A stretch of DNA of 36,638 nt, taken from contig JBNKNM010000036.1 of the NCBI GenBank assembly GCA_050293845.1, positions 1 to 36,638 on the forward strand. Reading direction: 5' to 3'. The translations under genes were made by a program, and so were the position numbers. The stretch comes from Pseudobacteriovorax sp. Its GTDB lineage: Bacteria; Bdellovibrionota_B; Oligoflexia; Oligoflexales; Oligoflexaceae. The notes beneath the pieces are model-generated. The model was given only the letters and a program-made list of their open reading frames with translations, did not search any database and had not been told where the DNA came from. Below, one piece after another: positions 1-8,480 of this stretch (its first letter is position 1; each line of letters opens with the position of its first letter).

Positions 1-267
1 TTGCAATAGTAAGTATACCGTAGTACGTTTTTGTGTCGTGGGTGTTGTTGTATGTAAATCATAGTATCTTTCGGATGTCAATACTTTTTCGTGCGGTTTA
101 ACTAAGTATTTTTTTTATTGTTGTATGTATATCATGGTATTATTTCTCTTTCGTAGAAAGGCTTTTGATTGATCTTATATTTTGCCCTTATAGACAGGCT
201 TTTGGTGGATTCAATATATTGTAGTTGGGGAAATGGTTTTAGGATGATGTGTGATTTTTCAGTGACT

Positions 268-344
268 TTGGTTTTGTGCGGTTTTTGTTTTGTTCTTGTG
301 TTATTTTAAAATATGTTAGACTTTTATTCTTCGCTTATAGATAG
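268..344. repeat. Terminal inverted repeat, left copy (visible part)
   Basis: 268-344 is the exact reverse complement of 36562-36638; similarity continues with mismatches to about 361. Confidence 0.97.
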
Positions 345-541
345 CGTTTTGGTAGGTTTGTTATATTTTATAATTTCTATGATATGCTATTTACCTTTAG
401 TAGTATTGGTTTTATTAGTTTAGTATTTTATGTTAATCATGTTTAAATGTTTTAAATGACCTCGCTTTCGATGTCTCTAATGTTAAGCCCAAGAAGCTAT
501 GAAATCCTTTTGTGAAAAGAAATTCACCACAAAAGTTTGAT

Positions 542-721
542 ACTGTTTTTTACATTGCACTATTTAAAATGCGTAAATAACTATTAACATATACATATAT
601 TATTTTGACTTACTATAGTAATGTAAAAAATGGTGCTTTATGTTTTGTTTTTACTTTCGCTAGAAAATCAGTATGAAATTAATATTACTATGTTTTTTTT
701 GTTTATATTGTAAAAAACGGT
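542..721. repeat. Three 15-bp aWtgtaaaaaaYRgt motifs in an AT-rich region (candidate origin or iterons)
   Basis: 542-556 (inverted), 620-634 and 707-721 (direct); 12-bp palindrome TTACTATAGTAA at 610-621. Confidence 0.45.
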
Positions 722-810
722 AGTATCTACTTGAAATTTGACGACTGAAAAAACGCCGGACAGGTACACCGACACATACCCAAACCCAAAGAAGGGAGGA
801 AACTCCGCAG

Positions 811-859
811 GGGGATACTTTGCCTCTTTAATAATATAGTATTAGAGCAAAGTATCCCC
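811..859. other. Long stem-loop downstream of the replicase gene (terminator or origin hairpin)
   Basis: GGGGATACTTTGC (811-823) pairs perfectly with GCAAAGTATCCCC (847-859); stem extends further with bulges. Confidence 0.6.
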
Positions 860-981
860 TAAGATAAAAATTAAATCGATAAATCCCCTCTTTATTGATG
901 AGATGCTCTGTTTGTTCTGATTTTAAGCGCAGAAATCCCGCCCTTTCTCGCGGAAAGAGCAGGTAATATGTAGGGTAGTTT

Positions 982-3900
982 TTAAGCTACTTCAGAATAT
1001 TCAAATGGTGGATTGGCTTTTGCTTTTCCAGCCTTTGTCCTTCGGTCCCAATAACCGGCCATAATTTCGATAGACTCTTGTTGTACAAAACGTACAATTC
1101 GTCCGTTGATTTTTTTCTTTCCTAGATCTAATCCGATTTTCTTAAATATACGTTTTATGAATGTTATAGAGCATTTTGGTTTAGATTTTGATATACAAGA
1201 CCCTAGTAACTTACGAGATATATCAATATCATTGTATATCAGTTTTATAACTTCATTAGCTTCTCTATGTGTAAATCTCTTTGTGAAGTCACATTTACCA
1301 TCATTCATAAGTCCTAATGTTTCTAGTATTCTTTCCATAAGGTTTCTTTTTCTAATAGCAAAGTACTTTAAAGAAGGGTCTAATTCTTTCTCTTCACGAT
1401 CAAAGTTTTTTACCTGTTCAATGTTTCCGAAAACATTCTCGAATAAGATAACTTTAGAAATACCATCGTTATCAATAAAATCGATATTTTCGCGTGTTAA
1501 CTCGGAGCAAAGGCGGTTTCTTATACGATACGCTGTAACATAAGCTTCATCAATTTCTGATTTATGTTCGGATTCCTTTACTTGTCTATAAGTTTTTTCA
1601 TCAATTTCAGGTGTATTAAGTATTAGAGAGTACCTTCTCTCTTTTAGTTGATCCTTAATTTGTTTTGTTAATATAGAAATGCTCTTTTTTTCATTATCAC
1701 CTATATAGTCGTTTGCCTTTTGAATTTTATGGCCTTTTATCAACAAAATATTTAGTATTGTAGCCAGAACATTTTCACGGGTTTCTTTTTCGTACGACTC
1801 GTTTGTATATACTAGTTTAGTAAAATCACTAACCCTTTCTCCAAGCTTTTCAAGTGCTCCTACCATATCAAAGCTGTTTGAGCTTCGAGAACCAGTTAAA
1901 CACAATAGCCAGTTCTTGGAATGTCTATCTCGACCCATCATTTGTACTGCCACGTTAGAAGCAATAATACCGGAGAAAATACCGTAATGTTTATCAAAGT
2001 GTTTCTTTTTGTGGATCGAAAATCCAGATGAAATTTTCGGGCTGTATATCAAAACTTCGCATTCGTAAGCAAGGTTGGGGTCTTCTAAAAACTTTAAGAC
2101 GTCTTCTTGGTCTTCTTCCGGTGCTTCCCCAACAATACACTTAACCTTACCGTGTAGTTTTGGGAAATTTTCTAAAATCATCTCTTTTATGATAAGAGCA
2201 TTTTTTCTAGAGTCGGTAGCAACTAATATACGTTTCCCTTTCTTTATAGTATCTATCATGTCTTTAAATAGAAAATGTTTGTTGTCGGTATATTGTATGT
2301 CCCACTGTTTATCTTTCATAGCTTCATTAGGGTGTGACACTTCTATGAGTACGATTCTTCGGCTTGGTGCTAGCTCTCTTATCCGATCGATTGCATAATC
2401 ATTTGCATCTGCATCAGTAGCTAGAACGCATTTTGCTGTTTCCATGGCCTCTTTCAATACTTCATAGTTAAGTACTTTTCTTTTGGATTTTCCAAGTTGT
2501 GTTATTTGTGCAATTGATTGTGAAAACTCATCAAGTATCAGTGTTTCGACATTTTTAGACCAATAGTTGTTTTCAATACCAAAACGCCAGCCACCAATAC
2601 TTTGAACACAAGTAATAATTTTATCCTTATGCAATGTTTCTCTGGAGTCCTTGATGTCGGTGTAGACTGTAACTCTATTGTCTTCTTGCTGTTCTCCATA
2701 GATGCTTTTTAATGTCGTATCCGCTGGTGCTTTGTCAGCATTAAAAAAGTTGGCTGTCGAGGACACGGTCGATATCGTCGGTAATGCAATTAATGCATTC
2801 CATGATAAATCCATCACTTGCTTGATTGTTCGCTGGGTCTTGCCTACTCCCATTGGTGCAGAAACCACGACAATAGAACCTTGCTCTAAGCTCTCTATTA
2901 TTTTGTTTTGCGCCTTATCGCTAATCATCCATGCACCATTTATGTTCTCTGTTTCAAATCGAAAGTGCGCATCGACTTTTTTCGGATTAACTGTGCATAG
3001 TTTTTTTGCTTTAGCTAGAGATATATTAATATAATGTTGCAAATCTCTTTCAATGTCTTCTCGCTTGAATCTATCGCAGACATTAATAATAGCATCGATA
3101 AAATTTTCTTTTTCTGTTATAAAAGGAACATTTTTCAGCCTTGCTAGGCTTCTCAAATATCCCCCAACCCCAAAAACTTTGTCTTTATAGCTATGTCTAA
3201 TCATCTCTAATAAATGATCGTCATTTGAAATTTTAAAACTTGTTATTCTTCGCCATATTTCCTCAGTGAATTTTTTATATCCGTGACTTGTATGAAAATC
3301 GTTCCAATCACCAGGTGTTGGAGGAACGGTGTAGCTCCCTCTTACTTCCCTTGCAGCTTCGATTGCACAAGATACACCCGTGTTACCCTGTTCTTCATGT
3401 GGTTTGAATTCTTTAATGTCATTGTCGGCAGCTATTACAATTTGAGACTGTGGGAATCTTGCACGAACCATTTTTGCTACTGACATGATATTATTTGCGC
3501 TTATAGCAATAAAGACACTTTCATATGTGGCAAGATGGACGCTTGCACCAGTTGCATAGCCTTCTGTTATAAAAATAATAGTTTCTTGGTTATTCTCAGG
3601 TTCAGGTCCGATTAATGCGTAATGTCCTTGATACCATCTGCCATCAATAGGTTTTGAAGAAAGTTTTTTCACCCATTTTTTATCTTTATGAGAAAATGCG
3701 ATGGTCTGAATGCCAGCGTATATATCGCCTTCGCCAACATTGTTAGAAGGCTTTAAAATTTTAAAAGCAATTTGCTTTCTTCCGAAGAGTACGACCTCTT
3801 TCAAATTGTCGTCAATCTTTGCTATTTGAGAAATGCTTTTTTCAGCAAGATAAGGGTATAACGTGTTGGCAGGATATCTGCTTGACTCGTAAGCCTTTTT

Positions 3901-4350
3901 ACAAGCGTTATAGTGTTTAATTCGTTTTTCTCTTTCTTTTTGTAATTTTTTTTCGGCTTCACGTCTTCGCTTTAAATCTTGCTCTCTTAGCCTTTTCTCT
4001 TTTTCTTGTCTTTCTCTTAAATTTACCTGTTTACCTGTGTATGTGCTCAACCCATAGCTTGACCATCTTGTGCTATGTCCGCCGCCTTTCATTGTTGAAA
4101 AGTTTATTTTCACATATTCGTTGCCATCAGGGTATTTACAGAACACCACATACATTGCCGATCGTTTTTTAGGATCAGTTTGGGGTAGATTGTCTTTTTT
4201 AAATGTTTCTTGTTCTATCTGCTTGTGAAAGTAAGTTGTGTAGCTTGAAAATACAGCTCTGAAGTCAATAAAACACTCGGCGGCTAGTGCTTCAATTTCG
4301 TCTAGATTTTCTTCGATTAAGTCCCTGACGGTTTTTCTGTAGTCGCTCAT
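982..4350 (-). CDS. repA: Multifunctional replicase: TOPRIM primase fused to a helicase/origin-binding region (N15 RepA-like architecture)
   Basis: TOPRIM motifs IFITEGYATGASVH, AADND, DWND; Walker A APMGVGKT; Walker B LILDE. Start moved to ATG 4350 because of the SD GGAGGTG and the ATGA overlap with the upstream gene. Confidence 0.85.
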   Translation of the reverse strand: MSDYRKTVRDLIEENLDEIEALAAECFIDFRAVFSSYTTYFHKQIEQETFKKDNLPQTDPKKRSAMYVVFCKYPDGNEYVKINFSTMKGGGHSTRWSSYGLSTYTGKQVNLRERQEKEKRLREQDLKRRREAEKKLQKEREKRIKHYNACKKAYESSRYPANTLYPYLAEKSISQIAKIDDNLKEVVLFGRKQIAFKILKPSNNVGEGDIYAGIQTIAFSHKDKKWVKKLSSKPIDGRWYQGHYALIGPEPENNQETIIFITEGYATGASVHLATYESVFIAISANNIMSVAKMVRARFPQSQIVIAADNDIKEFKPHEEQGNTGVSCAIEAAREVRGSYTVPPTPGDWNDFHTSHGYKKFTEEIWRRITSFKISNDDHLLEMIRHSYKDKVFGVGGYLRSLARLKNVPFITEKENFIDAIINVCDRFKREDIERDLQHYINISLAKAKKLCTVNPKKVDAHFRFETENINGAWMISDKAQNKIIESLEQGSIVVVSAPMGVGKTQRTIKQVMDLSWNALIALPTISTVSSTANFFNADKAPADTTLKSIYGEQQEDNRVTVYTDIKDSRETLHKDKIITCVQSIGGWRFGIENNYWSKNVETLILDEFSQSIAQITQLGKSKRKVLNYEVLKEAMETAKCVLATDADANDYAIDRIRELAPSRRIVLIEVSHPNEAMKDKQWDIQYTDNKHFLFKDMIDTIKKGKRILVATDSRKNALIIKEMILENFPKLHGKVKCIVGEAPEEDQEDVLKFLEDPNLAYECEVLIYSPKISSGFSIHKKKHFDKHYGIFSGIIASNVAVQMMGRDRHSKNWLLCLTGSRSSNSFDMVGALEKLGERVSDFTKLVYTNESYEKETRENVLATILNILLIKGHKIQKANDYIGDNEKKSISILTKQIKDQLKERRYSLILNTPEIDEKTYRQVKESEHKSEIDEAYVTAYRIRNRLCSELTRENIDFIDNDGISKVILFENVFGNIEQVKNFDREEKELDPSLKYFAIRKRNLMERILETLGLMNDGKCDFTKRFTHREANEVIKLIYNDIDISRKLLGSCISKSKPKCSITFIKRIFKKIGLDLGKKKINGRIVRFVQQESIEIMAGYWDRRTKAGKAKANPPFEYSEVA

Positions 4351-5339
4351 GCTATCACCTCCCCTCTGATTCTGGGGAGTAGGGCCAATAGACCGATCAA
4401 AACCCATAAAAATGCAAAGTAGCCAACGTGAAGCCAGTCTATATGCCAGTCTTTCAATCTTTCAAGTTTGCTTAGCTCTATGTTGTAATTGTCTTGTCGT
4501 GCCCTTGATGCTTGAGTATATGGCGTTCCGCAATCTGTTGTTTTTTCATCTTCACAGGCCACAGGATCAACCGCTTTCCGCCATTTTGAACCAAGCCAGT
4601 GCAGTCTAGCTTTCTCGGTAGCGTTGGCTTGGGCTTCGATTAGAGATTTGTTCTTTCTGGAGGAAGTTGTGTATGTTTTATATGCAAGTCCGCCAATATT
4701 GGCTAGTAATATGAGAGCAGTGACAGCGATACATTCTTGCTGTCGCTTACCTTTCGATTTTATCGCCTTAATTAGGTACTGTATGGCTACAAAATCTATT
4801 GCCAATGCTACAGCGTAAGAAATAAAAACGCTCGGTAGAGGCGAATTTAAGCCCTCTAATGCTGTTTTAAAAACTTCCGCAGTGGTGGGCACTATTATTG
4901 CGTATAGCGAGAGTTGAAATAAATAACTAATACCAGTCACGAAGTCGTATTGTTGCGCTTGTTTCGCTGTGCAACCCACAGGTGTTGCGCTTCGCTGGAA
5001 GTCTTGCCTCTCAACTGTTGCGCTGTGTTGCGCTGTCGAGTTGTCCACAACGGGGGTTTCGGTGAACTTACCAAGGGCTTTTAATTCACTGACAAGTTGT
5101 CGTACTTCGCTATCAGTTATCTCGATATCTGTCTTGTGCTTAAATGCAAGGGGTAAGCTATCTTGGGGGAAGTTAAGGGGTATCGCTCGACTTGCTAGTC
5201 GAACTGCCTCGCTTTCAGTAGCACCTCTTTTTATTTCCCTGGATTTTAAAGCGCGTAAAACGCTGCATACTCTTTTTATTTCAGTGTCAGAAAATGGGGA
5301 TTGACTAGAACAGTTTGTTTTCCTTACGATTTCAGTCAT
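4347..5339 (-). CDS. Hypothetical multi-pass membrane protein, translationally coupled to repA
   Basis: About four hydrophobic segments; SD AAGGA before ATG 5339 (ORF track start 5387 is the alternative). Confidence 0.7.
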   Translation of the reverse strand: MTEIVRKTNCSSQSPFSDTEIKRVCSVLRALKSREIKRGATESEAVRLASRAIPLNFPQDSLPLAFKHKTDIEITDSEVRQLVSELKALGKFTETPVVDNSTAQHSATVERQDFQRSATPVGCTAKQAQQYDFVTGISYLFQLSLYAIIVPTTAEVFKTALEGLNSPLPSVFISYAVALAIDFVAIQYLIKAIKSKGKRQQECIAVTALILLANIGGLAYKTYTTSSRKNKSLIEAQANATEKARLHWLGSKWRKAVDPVACEDEKTTDCGTPYTQASRARQDNYNIELSKLERLKDWHIDWLHVGYFAFLWVLIGLLALLPRIRGEVIA

Positions 5340-5389
5340 GGTCAAACTTCCTTGTTTGCTTAAGTTAGTTAAGGATTTTCTGGCCATCG

Positions 5390-5456
5390 GGTGTCTGGCT
5401 TTTCAAGGGGCCGAGCACCATCCTCGCTGCGTTATGTTGCAGTTTCGCAGCGGGGA
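5390..5456 (+). ncRNA. Candidate structured antisense RNA over the leader of the rep operon
   Basis: GC-rich island with two adjacent hairpins (5390-5419, 5421-5456) whose G-U pairs form only on the + strand. Confidence 0.3.
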
Positions 5457-5520
5457 GCCAACTTCATTTCTATACTATCCTAAGTTGTAACCTCCTTAAA
5501 TAATTAAATTAATCGTATTT

Positions 5521-5652
5521 GCACCTGTATTCGCATTTGTATTCGCACTCGTATTCGCACTCGTATTCTCATCTGTACTCACACTCGTGTTCGCACTCGT
5601 GTTTGCACCTGTATTCGCACCTGTACTTACACTCGTATTCGCATTTGTATTC
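5521..5652. repeat. Intergenic array of 11 degenerate 12-bp units, candidate centromere
   Basis: Units such as GCACTCGTATTC, GCACCTGTATTC and GCATTTGTATTC in register; same unit family as the array inside the adjacent CDS. Confidence 0.9.
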
Positions 5653-5668
5653 GTATAGTGGTCCTTAT

Positions 5669-6781
5669 TTAACTAATATAATTGGAAAAAAAACACACAA
5701 TGTCATCATGGATATAGTATCGAGTCCATCCACTAGGTCCTGATTTATAGTCATCTTTCATATGTATCAGTGCGTTGTCTCTTACTAGTCTGTGTAATGT
5801 TGTCTTAAGATGTACGACGTTTTTTACGTAAGAAATTTTTTTTACTGACTTCTGAAGGTTGAGTCTTTTTGTCAGGTTGCTTGGCTTTTCTAGGGATTCT
5901 ACTAAGAATAATAAAATATTGTATTTGGCTTGTTTCTTTTTCAAATCTTCAAGAATGAAATTTAGCTCAGAGTTAAAAGTCTGTCCTGTATTCGCACCTG
6001 TATCCTGATCTGTAGCCCGATGTGTACCCTGATATGTATCCTGATCTGTAGCCCGATGTGTACCCTGATATGTATCCTGATCTGTAGCCCGATGTGTACC
6101 CTGATATGTATCCTGATCTGTAGCCCGACCTGTATTCACACTCGTATTCGCACTCGTATATGCATCTGTATTCACACTCGTATTCGCACTCGTGTTTGCA
6201 TCTGTATTCACACTCGTGTTTGCATCTGTATTCACACTCGTGTTTGCATCTGTATTCACACTCGTGTTTGCATCTGTATTCACACTCGTGTTTGCATCTG
6301 TATTCGCACTCGTGTTTGCATCTGTATTCACACTCGTGTTTGCACTCGTGTTTGCATCTGTATTCGCACTCGTGTTTGCACTCGTGTTTGCATCTGTATT
6401 CGCACTCGTGTTTGCATCTGTATTCACACTCGTGTTTGCACTCGTGTTTGCATCTGTATTCACACTCGTGTTTGCACTCGTGTTTGCATCTGTATTCACA
6501 CTCGTGTTTGCACTCGTGTTTGCACTCGTGTTTGCACTCGTGTTTGCACTCGTGTTTGCATCTGTATTCGCACTCGTGTTTGCATCTGTATTCGCACTCG
6601 TGTTTGCATCTGTATTCGCACTTGTGTTTGCGCCTGTGCTCGTATTTATACTAGAGTTTGATCTTGCGCTTTTAATAATGCTAGTCGTTCCGAGGATATT
6701 GTCAAAAGTGTCATCGTTGTCTTTTTGTATTTTCGCTCGTTGTTTAGGGACTTTACGAACTCTTTTTTGGTGAAGTTCCAT
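5669..6781 (-). CDS. ParA partner protein: basic N-terminus, long ANT[S/D] repeat linker, C-terminal winged-helix-like domain
   Basis: Begins 11 nt after the parA stop; C-terminal segment KNVVHLKTTLHRLVRDNALI...WTRY fits a recognition helix plus wing; no ParB Box II motif visible. Confidence 0.7.
   Translation of the reverse strand: MELHQKRVRKVPKQRAKIQKDNDDTFDNILGTTSIIKSARSNSSINTSTGANTSANTDANTSANTDANTSANTDANTSANTSANTSANTSANTSVNTDANTSANTSVNTDANTSANTSVNTDANTSANTDANTSANTSANTDANTSANTSVNTDANTSANTDANTSVNTDANTSVNTDANTSVNTDANTSVNTDANTSANTSVNTDAYTSANTSVNTGRATDQDTYQGTHRATDQDTYQGTHRATDQDTYQGTHRATDQDTGANTGQTFNSELNFILEDLKKKQAKYNILLFLVESLEKPSNLTKRLNLQKSVKKISYVKNVVHLKTTLHRLVRDNALIHMKDDYKSGPSGWTRYYIHDDIVCFFSNYIS
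5999..6128. repeat. About 3.5 tandem copies of a 36-bp unit (3 x 12 bp) encoding RATDQDTYQGTH
   Basis: TATCCTGATCTGTAGCCCGATGTGTACCCTGATATG repeated. Confidence 0.95.
6131..6640. repeat. About 42 tandem 12-bp units inside the ParA partner gene
   Basis: Mosaic of GCACTCGTGTTT, GCATCTGTATTC and ACACTCGTGTTT units. Confidence 0.97.
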
Positions 6782-6792
6782 AACTCAACACT

Positions 6793-7830
6793 CTAATTTA
6801 GGGCGGTTAAATGTAAATCTTTATTTTTTGATATGTCCACAGCATGGTTCCAAATCTCTCTCACAAGAGAACGCATTTCAACTGCGGTTTCGTGACTAGG
6901 TTTAAATTCTGGAACTGAAAGTAGTGATAGACAAGCGTCCTCAACGACACTAGATTCTCGGACAGTAGTTTTAATGCAGTTATTTAAGTGTTTGAAATAC
7001 CAGTCTTGTATTCCTTGGCTTAATTTCGTTTTTTTGAGCTTTGTTGTCATAAAAACATGACGAATATCTTTTCTTGTAGCATCTAAAAAACGATCAATTT
7101 GTATTTTAAATTGAGGATAATTTCTAAAATGCTTAATTTTACACTCAAGAGGTGAGACTAATAGGTCAGAAGCCATAACTGCATTTGCGGTAAGATTGTT
7201 CCAGCTAGGTGCACAATCTAGAATAATTACCTGAAATTGTTTTTTAAGTGGGTCAATCACATTGTTTTTTAGCCAATACTCTCTAGCTGGCATTGCGTGA
7301 ATTTCTCTTTCTAGGTTTCCGAGGCCAGGAGTCTCAGGAATAAATCTAAGTGATGGTAAATCAGTATCCATTAGTAAATTGTTAAGATCTATCTTCCCTT
7401 GAAACATGTCATAAAGTCCGTATATATCCTTTAACTTTTCAAGTACGTCATCCAGTTCTTCGTCTTCAGAAATTGACAGGTCAATTCCTAAATCCCCAGA
7501 TACGTCGCACTGCTGATCAAGTCCTACTACGGCAGTTTGTATGTTGTGTAGAGCAATCATTCTTGCGAGATTCATTGCGGTAGTAGATTTATGTGTTCCT
7601 CCTTTTAGTGAGTAGATTACTATGACCACCGGGTTATCAATATGACGTAGAAATCCATATTTTTCGCCAAGTTGAGGGATTTGATCATAACTCCATACAC
7701 GTCTTTTGTTACTACCTATACGTGTTGCTTTTGGGATTCTCCCGCTTTTTTCGGCGCTGATGACTGTATTTTTATGTGTCTCACTAGCATAAATACTTAG
7801 TATTTTTTGAATTGTAACCTGTTCATTCAT
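6793..7830 (-). CDS. parA: ParA family partition ATPase with N-terminal HTH-like extension
   Basis: Deviant Walker A KGGTHKST, A-prime LDQQCD, Walker B IILDCAP, NAVMASD; about 65-aa N-terminal extension as in type Ia ParA/SopA. Confidence 0.93.
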   Translation of the reverse strand: MNEQVTIQKILSIYASETHKNTVISAEKSGRIPKATRIGSNKRRVWSYDQIPQLGEKYGFLRHIDNPVVIVIYSLKGGTHKSTTAMNLARMIALHNIQTAVVGLDQQCDVSGDLGIDLSISEDEELDDVLEKLKDIYGLYDMFQGKIDLNNLLMDTDLPSLRFIPETPGLGNLEREIHAMPAREYWLKNNVIDPLKKQFQVIILDCAPSWNNLTANAVMASDLLVSPLECKIKHFRNYPQFKIQIDRFLDATRKDIRHVFMTTKLKKTKLSQGIQDWYFKHLNNCIKTTVRESSVVEDACLSLLSVPEFKPSHETAVEMRSLVREIWNHAVDISKNKDLHLTALN

Positions 7831-7862
7831 CTTACTAGCCTATAGTATGTTATAATGCACAA

Positions 7863-7891
7863 TATACCTATAAATATATGATACAGGTATA
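7863..7891. promoter_or_regulatory. Inverted repeat upstream of parA (possible autoregulatory operator)
   Basis: TATACCT(A)TA ... TA(C)AGGTATA about 30-60 bp upstream of the start. Confidence 0.35.
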
Positions 7892-7908
7892 AACTGAAGT
7901 AAACAAAT

Positions 7909-8055
7909 TTATTTTGGAAATAGATGAAGTTCTTCTAGTAGATATCTTGGAATTTCAGTGAAGAAGCTAAGTAGAGTAATTAATAGGATAAGTACAAGTA
8001 TAGCTGCTCTTGGATGTTTTACGCGGAACTCTGTAAGAATTTTTAGATAGATCAT
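7909..8055 (-). CDS. Small 48-aa single-TM protein (type I toxin-like), not in ORF track
   Basis: MIYLKILTEFRVKHPRAAILVLILLITLLSFFTEIPRYLLEELHLFPK; SD GAGG 7 nt upstream. Confidence 0.65.
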   Translation of the reverse strand: MIYLKILTEFRVKHPRAAILVLILLITLLSFFTEIPRYLLEELHLFPK

Positions 8056-8141
8056 TTAACAGCCTCAGTCTTTTTTTTACTTTAGACTAAGGTCTAGCAA
8101 TAGGAAAAAGTAGATAAATTAGAAAATGGGAAGAGTTAGGT

Positions 8142-8174
8142 ACGCGCTACTACAAATAGTTAGTAGTAGCGCGT
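8142..8174. terminator. Perfect 12-bp stem hairpin just after the 8181 stop codon
   Basis: ACGCGCTACTAC pairs with GTAGTAGCGCGT around a 9-nt loop; U-tract is weak. Confidence 0.55.
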
Positions 8175-8180
8175 GCAAAT

Positions 8181-8480
8181 TTACTCAATTTCTGGTGTTA
8201 GAATAACATTTTCATCATTTTTTATCTCGAACAGTGCCATTAGAGCATCGTTTCCGGTCAATGTGGTTCCTGGTTCTATGAAAGGTTTGCTGGTTTTTAG
8301 AAGTAGGTTTCCTTGAACAATCAAGGTGGTATCTTCATATCCAATTATTGTGGGTGCTAGTGAATGTAGATATTGGTCTACACTGATGCTGTTAGCAGCA
8401 GCACCGCTGCCTCCAGAGGAACCTTGGCCGCCATATATATTTGTAGACGCGAAAAGAGCAATTAAACATTTTTTAATCAT
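8181..8480 (-). CDS. Small putative secreted protein
   Basis: SD AAGGAG before ATG 8480; signal-peptide-like MIKKCLIALFASTNIYG followed by Gly/Ser-rich GGQGSSGGSG. Confidence 0.7.
   Translation of the reverse strand: MIKKCLIALFASTNIYGGQGSSGGSGAAANSISVDQYLHSLAPTIIGYEDTTLIVQGNLLLKTSKPFIEPGTTLTGNDALMALFEIKNDENVILTPEIE

Noticed and set aside
1106..5304. Several + strand ORFs inside repA and the membrane gene
   Set aside because: Antisense to well-supported genes, with typical shadow composition
5409..5460. HDV-like ribozyme suggested by TCCTCGC
   Set aside because: Could not build P1 or a full P3; a simple hairpin explains the sequence better
5519..5743. 74-aa His/Ser-rich + strand ORF
   Set aside because: Shadow of the intergenic 12-bp array, TTG start with no clear SD, antisense to the operon
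5999..6640. Possible CRISPR array (36-bp repeats)
   Set aside because: Repeats are head-to-tail with no unique spacers, and there are no cas genes
6020..6773. Three + strand ORFs (CICIHTRV, HLYSHSC and FASVFTLV repeats)
   Set aside because: Stop-free shadows of the 12-bp array; the minus-strand ORF has unique ends and operon context
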